Positions 36,708 through 49,524 of a DNA stretch of 64,000 bases are shown piece after piece; position 1 is the first letter of the stretch; each line of letters opens with the position of its first letter. Position numbers and translations under genes: made by a program. Below the pieces are notes generated by a model. The model did no database searches, had not been told where the DNA came from, and saw nothing but the letters and a program-made list of their open reading frames with translations. Source of the DNA: Mustelus asterias (lineage: Eukaryota); assembly GCF_964213995.1 (NCBI RefSeq), contig NC_135830.1, positions 12,772,001 to 12,836,000 of the forward strand, written 5' to 3'.

Positions 36708-37699
36708 AAATGGATTTGAGTTTTGGTCTAACATCTCGGATTGAGTGCAGGAGTGTGTGCGGTGTCGTTTTCGTCGTGAACAACGAGCAGAGACATCACC
36801 AATTTAAAACGTTGCTGGGGTAAAGCAGCGTGTGTGCAAGTGGCTCCTTTGAGAGCGCACACAGGCTGAATTTCTGACTGCCTCTTTGAACAACCTGCTG
36901 AAGGAGCAGTGCTCCTGAAAGCTCGCAATTCCATAACAGCCTGTTGGACTTTAACCTGGTGTTGTGAGAATTCTTACTGTACCCACTCCAGTCCAATGCC
37001 AATCTTTGCATCATGATATAAATAACAGGAGTACAAACAGTGAGACTGTATTCCCTGCCCAGGAATTAAGGTGCTGGACTTGAATTTTCTAACTGAAGTT
37101 CAAATCCTATCATGTACACTTCATCATTCCTCGTCCTAACCAGATATTTTCAGAATTAACCTGACTCTTGTGATAACCACCGAACTACAGAAATACGGTG
37201 ATGACCTCAGGGCAAGCAGATCCGGTTTACTGGAGAAACAACTAGACTGGCTCCGGAAGCCCATCTTCTGCCCACAGCAATTGATATTACATTGTCTCTG
37301 CTGATTTTTCCTGTCAAAATGAATAATGATGCTTCCTACTGCATTAACGTTTCGTAATAACATGTTCGAGAAAAAGTATTCATGACGTGTAAAGCAAATC
37401 AACTGAACACCTGAAATTTGCGGCATTTGATCACTTTCCTCCACAAATGCTGCTGCCTCGAATTCAATGCCTCAGAACACTCACCAACCCTTTTAACAGA
37501 GGTGATTCCTATCAGATCTGGTGCTGCAGGGAACGGAATTGATGGAGTAGGATTGGCTCACATGTCCCATGGAGTCTCCTCCGGAATTTGAGGAGATCAT
37601 GACGAATCCCAGGAATCAACATCAATTTCCAAACGTATCCTGATGGCCCTTCATTCCCTTAGATTCCAAAAACATCTCTCTCCATAGAAAAGTTAAAAA

Positions 37700-38036
37700 A
37701 CCGACAGTGCGGAAAGAGGCCATTCAGCCCAACGAGTCTGTACCGACCACAATTCCACCCAGGCTCTACCCCCATTATCCCTACATATTTCCCCACTAAT
37801 TCCTCTCACCTACGTATCGCAGGACACCAAGGGCAACTTGAGCTTGGTCAATCAACCTAACCCGCACATCTTTGGACTGTGGTAAGAAACCGGAGCTTCC
37901 GGAGGGAACCCACGTGGACACGAGGAGAATGCGCAAATTCCACACAGACAGTAACCCAAGCCGGGAATCGAAGCCGGGAATTGAACCCAGGTCCACTAGA
38001 GCTGCGAAGCAGCAGTGCCAACCACTGTGCTACCGC
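37700..38036 (-). mobile_element. V-domain SINE
   Basis: gcacatctttggactgtgg..aaaccggagc core and a tRNA-like head. Confidence 0.78.
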
Positions 38037-38479
38037 TCAGATGTTCCAGCATTGTCTGTTTTTGTTTCAGATTCCAGCATCCGCAGTATTTTGCTTTTAC
38101 CGCCACCCTTTCCATTCCCTTAGATTTTTTTTCCATCACAACTTTGTCAACTCTTACCCACGGCTCCCACCCTCACACGACATATCCCACACTTAAAGTA
38201 TCAATCTCGTCCCCTTTTCCTGTCTTCAGCTTTGATGACTGACCATGCAAATTTGAAATGTTGGCTCTATTCTCTCTCCAGAGATGCCGTCATGCCTGTT
38301 GAGATTTTCGAGCATTTTAAGTTTTTCTTTTAAGTTCCAGAATCTGCAGTAATTTGCTGCTGACTGAAGGAGTCATTCGTGTTCGATCTAAACATGAGGT
38401 TTTTTTCCCCCCAAACCTTTCTCGAGTATTTGAAAAACGCTGAAATGTATCGGTCAGATTAAAATGCTTGCCCGCATCT

Positions 38480-38549
38480 TCCTTGGTGGTCTAGTGGTTA
38501 GGATTTGGCGCTTTCCGCCGCGGCCCGGGTTCGATTCCCGGTCAGGAAA
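38480..38549 (+). pseudogene. tRNA-Glu(TTC) pseudogene with a 2-nt deletion in the anticodon loop
   Basis: TCCTTGGTGGTCTAGTGGTTAGGATTTGGCGCTTTC--CGCCGCGGCCCGGGTTCGATTCCCGGTCAGGAAA. Confidence 0.85.
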
Positions 38550-39364
38550 TGTCGATTTTATTGCTGCCGACCAGCACATGATTGAGGAGGGGCTGAAATT
38601 ACTTCCTGATCGATAACAGGAATGATCATTCTGTCAGTTTGAACTACCTGGAGAAACAAAATAAACCCACTTGCACAATCCCGTCAATTGTCCCCGGCAA
38701 TTTTTCATTACATTCTCCTTGCTGCTTCCTCCTCTCTAAATGAATAATATTGCATTCTACCCCACTAAATTTCACTATAGCTCACCACATTCAAAGATCA
38801 TTCGTAACCTCTGCCTCTTCGATAGCTTCTTGTGAGAAATCTGCTGAACAATATTAGCTGATCACAGCTCTGTTGTGATTTCAGAGATTTGTATCTCATT
38901 GTTCATCATTACTGTCTCCATTGCTTCATTCCAGGTCACTGTCGCTACAGACATAGTCACACAGTCATTCAACCTTCTGCAGCAAATGATATTCTCTTCC
39001 TTTGCTTTCAGATTCTTTCACCTCCAGAAACTGATTACACGCTCAGTAAAATGTTCTGTTTAGTTGACAGTTTATCATCAATTCTGGGCCTTGGCGGTGA
39101 ATGGATTGACTCTGAACGACTTGACCACCCGGCCTCCACGATCGCCAGCTAAATGTTGCCTTATCCATCACTCCTTGTTTCATTTAAACATCCTCCCTTG
39201 CTTTCTATCACAGACCATTCCTTCTGTTCTTTTCACAGGCTAATTCATGGCGTTACCATCAGAAAATGTTGGAAATACTCGGCAGTTAATGATTTGTGGC
39301 AAATGCGTGATTATTTCTGAAAGCTGAATTACTCTGAAATTGAAAACATTTGGAAATGTTTCTG

Positions 39365-39570
39365 TAAAGGTGAAATACTGCTGATGCTGAAACCTGAAAC
39401 ACACAAAAAGAATACTGGAAAATCTCAGCAGGTCTGGCAGCATCTGTGAAAAGAGAACAGAGCCAGTGTGTCGAATCAGGAAATTTGATGAAGGGTCATC
39501 CAGATTTGAAACGTTGGTTTCCCCACAGATGCCGTCAGTTCTGCTGAGATTTTCCAACATTTTCTATTCC
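39365..39570. mobile_element. Palindromic Penelope-derived repeat
   Basis: Same family as 17515-17725. Confidence 0.65.
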
Positions 39571-39579
39571 TGTTTAATA

Positions 39580-39646
39580 CATTTCTGCCCAGGATTGAAC
39601 CAGGAAACTTGCGTGTGTACGGCGAACGTGAAAATTACCAGAAACG
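39580..39646 (-). pseudogene. tRNA-Val relic
   Basis: + strand tttctgcccaggattgaacc..ggcgaacgtga..agaaac. Confidence 0.55.
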
Positions 39647-40617
39647 CTGCGGTGCAACGATGTAAGGAAACTGGCTCCACAAACACGTCAATTGCCCACA
39701 GCAATTTATATTTGCATTGTGTCTACTGGTACCTCCTGTTGACATGTTTCACGATACATTCTACTGCATGGAATTCACGTGTTAAAATGCACGACCTACC
39801 TTGTATTAAGTTGATCTTCCTCTACACCCGAGCTATGACTGTGACAGTACATTCTGCAATATTTCGTTTCCTTCCCGATGAACGATATGCTTTGTCTGTG
39901 TAGCGTGCAAGAAAAATACTTTTCACTGTATGCTAATGCATGTGATAATAAAAACATCAAATCAAAGGTACTCCATGAAGTTAATTAATTGAACGTTCAG
40001 CAGTGATGGGTTTCAATCATACACCTTAACTAATGCTATTACCCTGAATTCAGTGCCTGAGACTTCAATGCTCTCAGCGGAAGCCATTGGTACTGGATCT
40101 GCTATTGATAGTGAACAGAATCAATGAAGTAGAACTGGGTCACATGTCCCATTGAGCCTCCTCCACGACTGATTCAAGGCAGATCCGCAACCTCAACCCC
40201 AATTTCCCAGCTTATCCCAACAGCCCTTCATTCCCTTAGATTTCAGAAAACACTCCAACTCAACCTCCAATGTCCTCATCGACTGAGGATCCACACACCT
40301 CTGGCCGGCTGCAGAACTCTAAATATTCACAAGCCTTTGAGAGAAGAAATATCTCCATACCTTCGTCATAAATGGCTGACACATGATCCAGAGAATGTAA
40401 GCCCAGGGTGCCTGACAGAGACTGTTGTCGCCACCTTAACCCACTTAAGCCCACACATTTACCATGGCTAATCCATCAAACCGACATCAGCTGCACACTG
40501 AGAGCATCTTTTCCAATAATTGCTGAAGAACAAATTAATATTTTGGTTGATCCATATTCAGTTCACATCCAACAACGAACTACAATCGGGCAACTTTCCA
40601 GCAGTAAATTTCTATCA

Positions 40618-40690
40618 TGTTCAACCCCGTTTCGAATCGGGGAGCCGATACTGTATGATATGAAGATGATAACCCCTACACTATAGAAAC
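40618..40690 (-). pseudogene. tRNA-Val relic
   Basis: + strand gtttcgaatcgggga..tgataacccctacactatagaaac. Confidence 0.6.
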
Positions 40691-41525
40691 TCTGCTCATG
40701 ACCAATGTGACCGGCCGAGAATATCAAACCGTGCAGTCTGATTGCAATGTGGAACCTTGTTTTCTCCTATTCCAATTCGGCTGGAAACCTTAGCAATGTG
40801 GCGTATTCATTGATCTCACGTAAGATTCAGAAAATAATATTTGTCCCAATTTGTTTCCTTTCTCTATGACTGCAGTTGTACAATATCATTCAAGACCTGG
40901 CGAAGTGTAAATGTCCTATGGCTGTGAGACAATGTAATGCCTTAATAGTTAACAAAAACAATTTGAAATGAGTCAGTTGTTTTGAAAATATTTTGCCGCT
41001 TTACAAACGCAATAATCGCTATAATTCAGAAACAGCTAACGCATGGAAATATTTAGATTTTTATGTGTCCACAGATGCTGCCAAATCAGCAGAGAATATC
41101 TACCATCAGCTGTTTATATTATAAATACAGGTTTTATCACAATATAAAATACACAGAAAGTCGGTAATGATCAGTGGAATGACGATAGTCTTAAACTTTT
41201 AAAGAACGGTGCTTTTAAAGCTACACAATGCTGAGGTGGAAAGCAGATAGGTTGAAGCGATGGACATCTGCTGTGTGTTACCTCATCCGTTTCACAGGAT
41301 CAGCAGTGATGAGATGGGTCGGTTTTGGAAATTGCAAGATACACATGAACATCCTTTGAGACCTCACTGTTGATTCCTTGTTCCAGACAGCAACAATTAG
41401 TGTTTCATTGGCTGAAGGAGTCACTCGTGTTAATTCTGGATGTGATTTTTGTCCAACAAATATTTCTTGTGTATTTAAAAAAATGCTGAAGTGGAAAAGT
41501 CAGGCTAAAGGTTGCGTCGTTATCT

Positions 41526-41597
41526 TCTCTGATGGTCTAATGGTTAGGATTCGGCGCTCCCACTGCCACGACCCGTATTCGATTCCCGGTCAGGGAA
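41526..41597 (+). pseudogene. tRNA-Glu body with the anticodon mutated to CCC
   Basis: TCTCTGATGGTCTAATGGTTAGGATTCGGCGCTCCCACTGCCACGACCCGTATTCGATTCCCGGTCAGGGAA. Confidence 0.8.
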
Positions 41598-42579
41598 TGA
41601 AAATTTATTGAATGCGTGTAGCAGATGAATGAAGAGGAGCTGGAATTATTTCCTGATTGAAAACAGGAATAATAGTTGACCCAGTTTGAACTGCGGTGAG
41701 AAACAAAATCGCTCATTTTCACAATCTTGTCAATTACCCCCAGCAACTTATTACCTCTGCTGGTTCCTCCTGTCAAAATGAATACCATTCATTTTGCTGC
41801 ATGAAATCTGAGCTACTTACAAACTTCTCGTCAGAAATGGAATAAAACTGCATTTCTTGTACAAACGCAACCAAATCAGTATCAACATTCATAAGTTTCT
41901 CGAGTCTATAAAGACTTGTCAAAATTGTGTAAGTTTCAGTGACATCCCCTCTCATTCTTTAATTCATTTTTTCGTCACAAATCCAGCTTACATTAACACT
42001 GCAGTGAAGCTACCCGAGTCGTCACAGTTCATGTCAATGCACTTAATCAGCACGTCTTTCAGAACGCGGGAGAAAACCACAGCACCCAGAAGAAACCCAC
42101 GCAGACATGGGGAAAACCCACACAGCCAATGGTTCCAGCCAGGAATCGAACAGGGTCCAGCGAGCTGTGTGACAGTGGCGCTAGTCACTAACCATTCTTC
42201 TATTCTCCAGAACCACTGGCAAGAGATTTGGAATGAGACTAGCTCTTTCACTGAACACACTTCAGGCTGGGATGGACAGATTTCTGATTGAACCGGGAAT
42301 GAAGTGGAGTGGGTGGGAAAATTAAATTGAAACCCAGGATTAACCATGAGTTAAAGTTTCGCGTTCAGTTATTAAGTTTAATAGTATTTGAAATATATAA
42401 ATTACTACAAATGTGTTTGGGATGAATATTCACTGAATTAGTAATGTCGATCACACCGGTTAACAGCAGAGCTGGACGCCCATGAGAAATACTTTCATTG
42501 AGGCCCATGGACGAAATGATAAAGAAAAACTATGTAACAATAAAAGCTGGTGGGGGAAACTGAAACACAGCGGCAGTGC

Positions 42580-42653
42580 CGTCTCCGCACGGTCGCGAAT
42601 CACCACTCTTTCGGTTCATAACCATGTTCGCTGACCGATCGCGCCAGAGAGGA
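42580..42653 (-). pseudogene. tRNA-Asn relic
   Basis: Reverse complement ..TGGCGCGATCGGTCAGCG..AACCGAAAGAGTGGTGATTCGCGACC..GGAGACG. Confidence 0.65.
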
Positions 42654-44631
42654 TGACACGGCTGTAGCAACGCACGACATTCTTAATCAGGCTGGAAGCT
42701 TTTTCTCTGCAAATTTGACGCCAGTTCGATTTGCACCAAACCTGATACAGGAAGACCACATGATGATATAGTTTACAAATCTAAACAAGTTCCTTCGACT
42801 ACTTTACCTCCACAGTGTTGTTTTGATGCAGTGGTTAAATACTTCTGCCAAAAATGGAAAAAGGGCCGTTTGATAGAGCAGATATGGACAAACTATTCCC
42901 ATTGACTTGAGTCAGTAAACAGAGGACTGGGATTGAAGATCGTTAAATACAGTCAGACTTGCATTTATATAGAGCCTCTTCCGACCAGCGGACGTCATAA
43001 AGAACGTTACAACCACTGAGGGACTGTCAGAATTACAAAAAAAATCCAGTTAAATACTGAAGAGGACATGCCGAATTGAACAAGGAACCTCTAGATATGC
43101 AGTCAAATTCTCGACAACTGAGCGTCAAGCCTCTGCCTTTGTCGTTCCTCAAGCGTCTGTCACGCTCAACGTCTATGTTTACGTTTGCTCCTCTGTGTGC
43201 GTCACTGTGGTTATGTACCCGGAGGGAACATGTCGACATATTTTAGCATCAAATCTCTGTTCAATTGCTGTATAAATCTTCACGCTAAATGGTACAAAAA
43301 TAACAAAAGCTTTGAAGTTGTAAGAGGAAATGACGTTTTTTTTTGAATGGAGACTTTATTGAGTGAGTTCCGGCATGTTTTCATAACGGAAGCTGATTAA
43401 AATTTCACTCATCAACATTTAAACGGGCAGTGGATTTACTCGGTGTGATGGTGCGTTACAGTTCTATATCTACAATCACAGCATCAATTTCTATCAGTTA
43501 CTGAGAATGACAATAGGGTTGATAATATGTGCAGGACGAATATAATTTGTCTAATTTTATTTGAATTCGACATTGCTAAATCTATTCCTATCATTGTGTT
43601 CCTGCAATGCAGAATCAGGACATCAATTCTGAACCAACTCTCTGATATAGCATCTTACACAGTTCAAAATGATCAGCCCCACATCCTGAGACTGTGTTCC
43701 CGTCCTTTAGATTCTCTGACCAGCGGAAACAATCTCCTTTCTTTCGTCTGACTCCAGACAATAAACACCCAATTTACTCAGCCTTTCATCATAGGACAAC
43801 TCCCTCATCTCAGGATCCAATCTTTCGAACATTCCCCCTACAACCTCCAATGCAAGTCTATCAGTTCTCCATCGTGGGGATCAAAACTGCACAGAGTGTT
43901 GCAGCTGTGGTCCCAGGAGAACCAGGTTACAATTGTGGCAGGCTTCTTGATTCTTGCATTTCATTCCCCTGATAATGAAAACCAAAATTCCCATTCACCA
44001 CTTTGAGCATCAACACATAACTTTCTCAACTTTTTCAAGTAGGTCCTGTTCCTTCTACTTCTCTCTCTCCGTAACTAAATTTTCTCGCTCATTAATCTGT
44101 CTCCTCCCCACAACTTACTTCACCATCTAACTTGTTACCGGAATCTCAAACGTAACCTCAGACTCCAGCGAGAATTTGACTCGCGACTATTGGTTTACAA
44201 AAAAAAACTGTGCTGTAATGAAGCCAGCTACTTGCGAAGATCAGAAAGTTTACCATAAACTGTGGAGTGAGGAGCAGACTGAATTTTTGTTGGTTGATAT
44301 TTGATAGGTGTGGAAATGTCTGAGAAGTAGAACAGGGAGATAAAAAAATCTGACTTGAGAGCGGCAGATTTGGACAGGTATCAGATCCTTGGGTGAACAA
44401 TGTTTGGGCCATGTGATTTATCTTCTGAGCTTGTTGTTGTTGTTACATCTCTGACTTTTCCAAGTCTGACACAAGATATCCAGCTGGAAGGTGAGTCTTG
44501 TTTTGCCCTTCACAGACACAGACTGAAAGCAGAAAATGCTGATTACGCGCAGCAACGCAATTGATGCTTAATGACGAATGCAAATCATACTGAAATCGGA
44601 GCTATTCTGAAACTGAAGCATTGGAAGTGCT

Positions 44632-44698
44632 TGTTTCGGGTTTCGAAACAGAAATTTTCGCGTGTGAGGCGAATTTGATAACCACTGCACTGCACATA
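44632..44698 (-). pseudogene. tRNA-Val(CAC) relic
   Basis: + strand ggtttcgaaac..ttcgcgtgtgaggcgaatttgataaccactgcact. Confidence 0.7.
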
Positions 44699-45467
44699 CA
44701 CGATGACGGGTTTTGAACTCGCGGATCTACTTTGCTGGAGGAGGAACGAAGCTGGTTCCACAAGCCTATCAATTGCGCACAGTAATTCATATTTGCATTG
44801 CCTCTGCTCGTTCCTCCTGTCAAAATGAATAATGCTACATTCTACTGCATGAATTTTTAGTGATTACATGTTCGATTAATGACGTTAAAAGTAATGACGT
44901 TTAAAGTAAATTGTAGAGTAACTGTTACATTGGACCTGCGGTTGGCTTAATATCTTAGAAACTAGTAATCATGTCCGAGTGATTAACGTGATCGAGTTAA
45001 AATCCATTGGGATTTCCCGCTTTTTATTATTCCTGCTTTCAATTGTATGTCTACAGAGTCAATTAAATCAAATCCATGCAAAAACTCGGGCGTGTTCCCA
45101 TTTCCGTTAATTCACAGAAACATTCACGGATGCTGCAGCCGGAACTGGAACACCATCAGAACCATGTTAGTGTCAGCCTTGTTTTCATTGTGTTTGTCTC
45201 TCCTTAGGTCCCTGTCTCTCGGGTGTGTGTATTTGCTTCGTTTTCTCTGTGTCTCAGTGTGCTTCAGTTCCCGATGGAAACGAACAGCTTGTTACCGTCA
45301 CAACATGATTCATACTCGTTCAAAAGTTGAATCTTGAAATGTTACAGAGAAAAGAGCAGAATGAAAGATGTAAGAGGAGTTTGTAATGTTTGAAGGAACT
45401 GCAGATAAAAAGTAGAAGATTTGAATGATGTTATTGATGATTGAGAGGAACGTATTGTAACCTTGGG

Positions 45468-45710
45468 GATAAAAGCAAATTGCTGCGAATGCTGGAATCT
45501 GAAACCAAAAGGGGAAATGCTGGAAAATCTCAGCAGGTCTGGCAGCATCTGTAAGGAGAGAAATGAGCTGACGCTTCGAGTCCAGATGGCCCTTTTCAAA
45601 GCTGACATTTCAAATTGAGCTTTGGAAAAGTGTCACCTGGACTCGAAACTTCAGCTCCTTTCTCATTGTGGCAGACCTGCTGGGATTTTCCAGCATTTTC
45701 TCTTTTGGTA
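45468..45710. mobile_element. Palindromic Penelope-derived repeat
   Basis: Inverted arms as at 17515. Confidence 0.68.
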
Positions 45711-45826
45711 ACCTTGGGGATGCTGTTGGTCCGTTAATTGTAAACTTTGTAATCAGGACAAACTGAGACACCAGATTCGAACAACATTTGGGTATTAAGA
45801 GTCGGACAAGGGTTATCACAGCAGTA

Positions 45827-45897
45827 GCCTGGCTACCTTAGTCGGTTGCATGGCAGATGTAATTGCAGAGTCTTGGGTTCAAGTTCCACGTTAGGCG
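45827..45897 (+). pseudogene. tRNA-Lys relic
   Basis: gcctggctaccttagtcggt..gggttcaagttccacgttaggcg. Confidence 0.65.
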
Positions 45898-47315
45898 CCA
45901 TTGTTTTTAAACTTTGCTGATTTCCTGGTTAAATTCCAGCTCTCCATTCCTCCGGCAGTGACACCACTCAAACTGAGGCTTTCTCCATCTCGCGTTGTTC
46001 ATCTCACAATTACAGATTTCTGAATAAAAACTGTTTGCAATCAGTAGAAGTCAAATAGTTTAGTGTTTCATTCAGGGAGAAGTTTTTTAGAAGTCATTTA
46101 GCCCGAGATTTTTATCCAGAAATTAGTGATATTTCTGTCAGTGTAAACGGTTAAATCTGACCTAATACCACCCGGATTTTAGCTTGTATCACCATCTCCA
46201 TCGTCAGCGCTTTGGAGCTCATCACTGCCTTTGACTGTCTGTGTTTGATCTCAGCCTGTCACCCATGTAACATTTCCAACTCGGAAACAGTGATCCTGCT
46301 GCAGATGATTTACATTGCAATAAAAGCAGTAAATCCTGGAACTTTCAGCCAATCTGAGTGCTTCTGTGAAGAGCGAAACATTGTTTACATTTCTAGTCTA
46401 TGTTCTTCCATTGGAATTGCATTGTGTCGCTGACAACTCGATTGGCTCTGTTTATCAATCCACTGAAGCTGTCAGTGAAAACTGCCCCCCACTTCACTGG
46501 GAGTAAATGGAACACGTTTATCATTGCAGCCGAACAAATATTCCTTCATGGGATATTCCCTTAACACCTGATGGGGCAGAGGGAACCTCAGTTTAAAATA
46601 TCCGTTAGTGCAGCAATCTCTCAGTTATTCCGGAATTTTAACCTATATTGTTGTGTTCAAGTCACAGTAATGCAACTTGGCCTACTGACATTCCAAAATC
46701 GTTACCAACAGAGTCACAGGAAATTAAACTATTTAATGTAACAGAATTAATGGCAGGATTAGTGGGAGTGGTTCAGTAATGCATTTCACCCAGACGGTGG
46801 CTTATAGAACTCACAGCCTGAACTGTGATGAGGCAGAACTCTCCATTGGTTTTGAAAATAGAATACTTGGAAAAAAACTTGTGGTCCTGTAACCGACGGA
46901 GATGCAGAGAAACAGATACGATGTGGGATTAAACTGGAAGAAATTAGAGATTTAATGGTTTACAACGAATACAGAGTCAAGGAAAACAGAGCATGAGAGG
47001 AGGAAAGATCAAACGTCCTTACGGTAAAATGTAAGGCTGGAGTGATTGAATTACAACGGGAATGATTATTGTTTCCACTGACACAATATCCCAGATTTGG
47101 TTTCAAATTTGGCGCAAAATTAGAAGAATCCTTCTCGCTGAATAAAGCACTAAACTCGTCGACTTCCAGGGAAACAGAGACAGCTTTAAAGCAGAAAGCA
47201 ATAAATGTGATGTGAACAAAGTGGGATGGAGAAAGTCTCAGTTTGAACGTTGACACTGCCGGGGGAAAGTGGAGCTGGAGTTCACCCAGGAAAGCAGCAA
47301 AGTTTAAAAGTAATG

Positions 47316-47380
47316 ACACCTAACTGGGGCTCAAACCCTGAAATTAAAGCTTCATGTTTTACCGACTGAGCTAGACAGGA
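47316..47380 (-). pseudogene. tRNA-Lys relic (inverted paralog of 45827-45897)
   Basis: + strand ggggctcaaaccc..taccgactgagctag. Confidence 0.55.
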
Positions 47381-47997
47381 ACACGGAAGAAGCGGCACTC
47401 CATATCCTAAAATATGTGAAGACTAACTTGTTTTTTGTCCATTTGTTGTCTCAGTTTATTCTGATTGCAAAGTTTGCAATTAATCGAACGACAGAATCCC
47501 CAAGGTTTCAATGTATTCCTCTCAATCATTAATAATTTCATTCACATCCTCCACTTCTTAGTTTCATCTCCATCCTAACATAGCAAACTCCTCTTACATG
47601 TTTCGCCTTAATATTTTTGTTCCAAGTCCCCCGGCTAGGTGAAATCAACGTTTCGGTATGGACACTGTAAAACTGTCTCCCAGTTACAGAATTTTTAATC
47701 AGATTACTTCTGCTTATTCTGAACTATAGAAAGAACAGACTCATCCCACTGAATATCTCCTCCCTGGACAACCGCCTCATCACAGAAATCAATCCAGAGA
47801 ATTTAGCTCACACAGACACAGCAGAAAAAAAGAGCAAAAAATGAACAGTGATAGATGCACAGACAGAGAGACTGAGGGGAGAAAAGAATGGGACAGTTAT
47901 AGAGACAAAGTGAGACAGACAGTGACAGAGATTGGGATGGACACACAACCCACGAATGAATCATAATAAACACACAGCCAGCTGTCCGAATTACAAG

Positions 47998-49500
47998 CAT
48001 AGAGTCATGGAGGTTTACAGCATGGAAACAGGCCCTTCGCCCCACATTGTCCATGCCGCCACTTTTTTAAACACGAAACTTGTCCCAATTGCCTGTGTTG
48101 GGCCCATATCCCTCTATAACCATCTTACCCATTTAACTGTCTAAACACTTTTTAAAAGACAAACCTGTACCCGCCTCTCCTACTACATCTGGCAGCTTAT
48201 TCCAGACACTCACCATCCTCCATGTGAAAAGATTGACCATCTGGGCACTTTGTATCTCTCCCCTCTCACCTTAAACCTATGCCCTCCAGTTTTAGACTCC
48301 CCTACCTTTGAGAAAATTTTGACTACCTAGCTGATCTATTCCCCTCATTATTTTATAGACCTCTATAAGATCACCCTCAGTCTTCCATGCTCCAGAGAAA
48401 AAAGTCCAAGTCTATCCATCCTCTCCTTATAACTCAAAATATCAATCCCGGCATCATCCTAGTAAATCTTGTCTGCATTCCTTCTAGTTTAATAATATCC
48501 CTTCTATAACAGGGTGGCCAGAGCTGTACACAGTATTCCAAGTGTGGCCTTACCAATGTCTTGTACAACTTCAACAAGACGTCCCAACTCCTCTATTCAA
48601 TGTTCTGGCCAATGAAACCAAGCATGCTGAATGCCTTCTCCACCACCGTCCACCTGTGACTAAACTTTGAAGGAGCGATGAACTGTACCCCAAGATATCT
48701 TTTTTTCTAAAACTCTCACCAACGCCCGACCATTAATTGAGCAAGTCCTGTCCTGGTTCGTTCTACCAAAATGCATCACCTCGCATTCATCTAAACTAAA
48801 CTCCATTTGCCATTCGTCAGCCCACTAGCCCAATTGATCAAGATCCCGCTGCAATTCTCGATAACCTTCTTCACTGTGCATAATGCCTCCAATCTTGGTG
48901 TCATCTGCAAACTTACTAACCATGCCTGCTAAATTCTCATCAAAATCATTAAAATAAATGACAAATAACAGTGGAACCAGGACCGACCCTGAGGCACACC
49001 GCTGGTGACAGGCCTCCAATTTGAAAGCAACTCTCTACAACCACCCTCTGTCTTCTATCATCAAGCCAATTTTACATCCATTTGGCTACCTCACGCGGAA
49101 TACCGTAAGATTAAACTTATGCAACAACCTGCCATGCGGTATCTTGTCAAATGCCTCCTAAAGTCCATGCAGACAACATCAATTACACTGCCCTCACCGG
49201 CCTTCTTGGTTACCCTTTCAAAAAACTCAATCAAATTTGTGAGACATGATTTTCCACTCACAGAACCATGCTGATCAGTCCTTGCCTCTCTAAATGCCTC
49301 CAGATCCTGTTTCTCAGACTACCTTCGAACAACGTACGCACTACAGATGTGAGGCTCAGCAGCCTGTAGCTCCCAGGCTTCTCCCTGCAACCCTTTTTAA
49401 ACAAAAGCACGGCATTTCCCACCCTCCAGTCTTCAGGCAGATCACCTGTGGCTTTCGATGATTCAGATATCTCTGCAAGGGGACCCGCAATTTCCCCGAG
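47998..49500 (-). mobile_element. Older CR1 LINE fragment
   Basis: RT motifs in ORFs 48825 and 49258; same 3' UTR type as 22270. Confidence 0.9.
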
Positions 49501-49524
49501 TCTCCCATAACGTGGGTGGTCGTC

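Larger units (their letters stand above)
35025..37057. repeat. Tandem duplication of a ~1.06-kb unit carrying tRNA-Leu
   Basis: 35025-35999 aligns with 36083-37057; the tRNA offset is 1061 bp. Confidence 0.92.
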
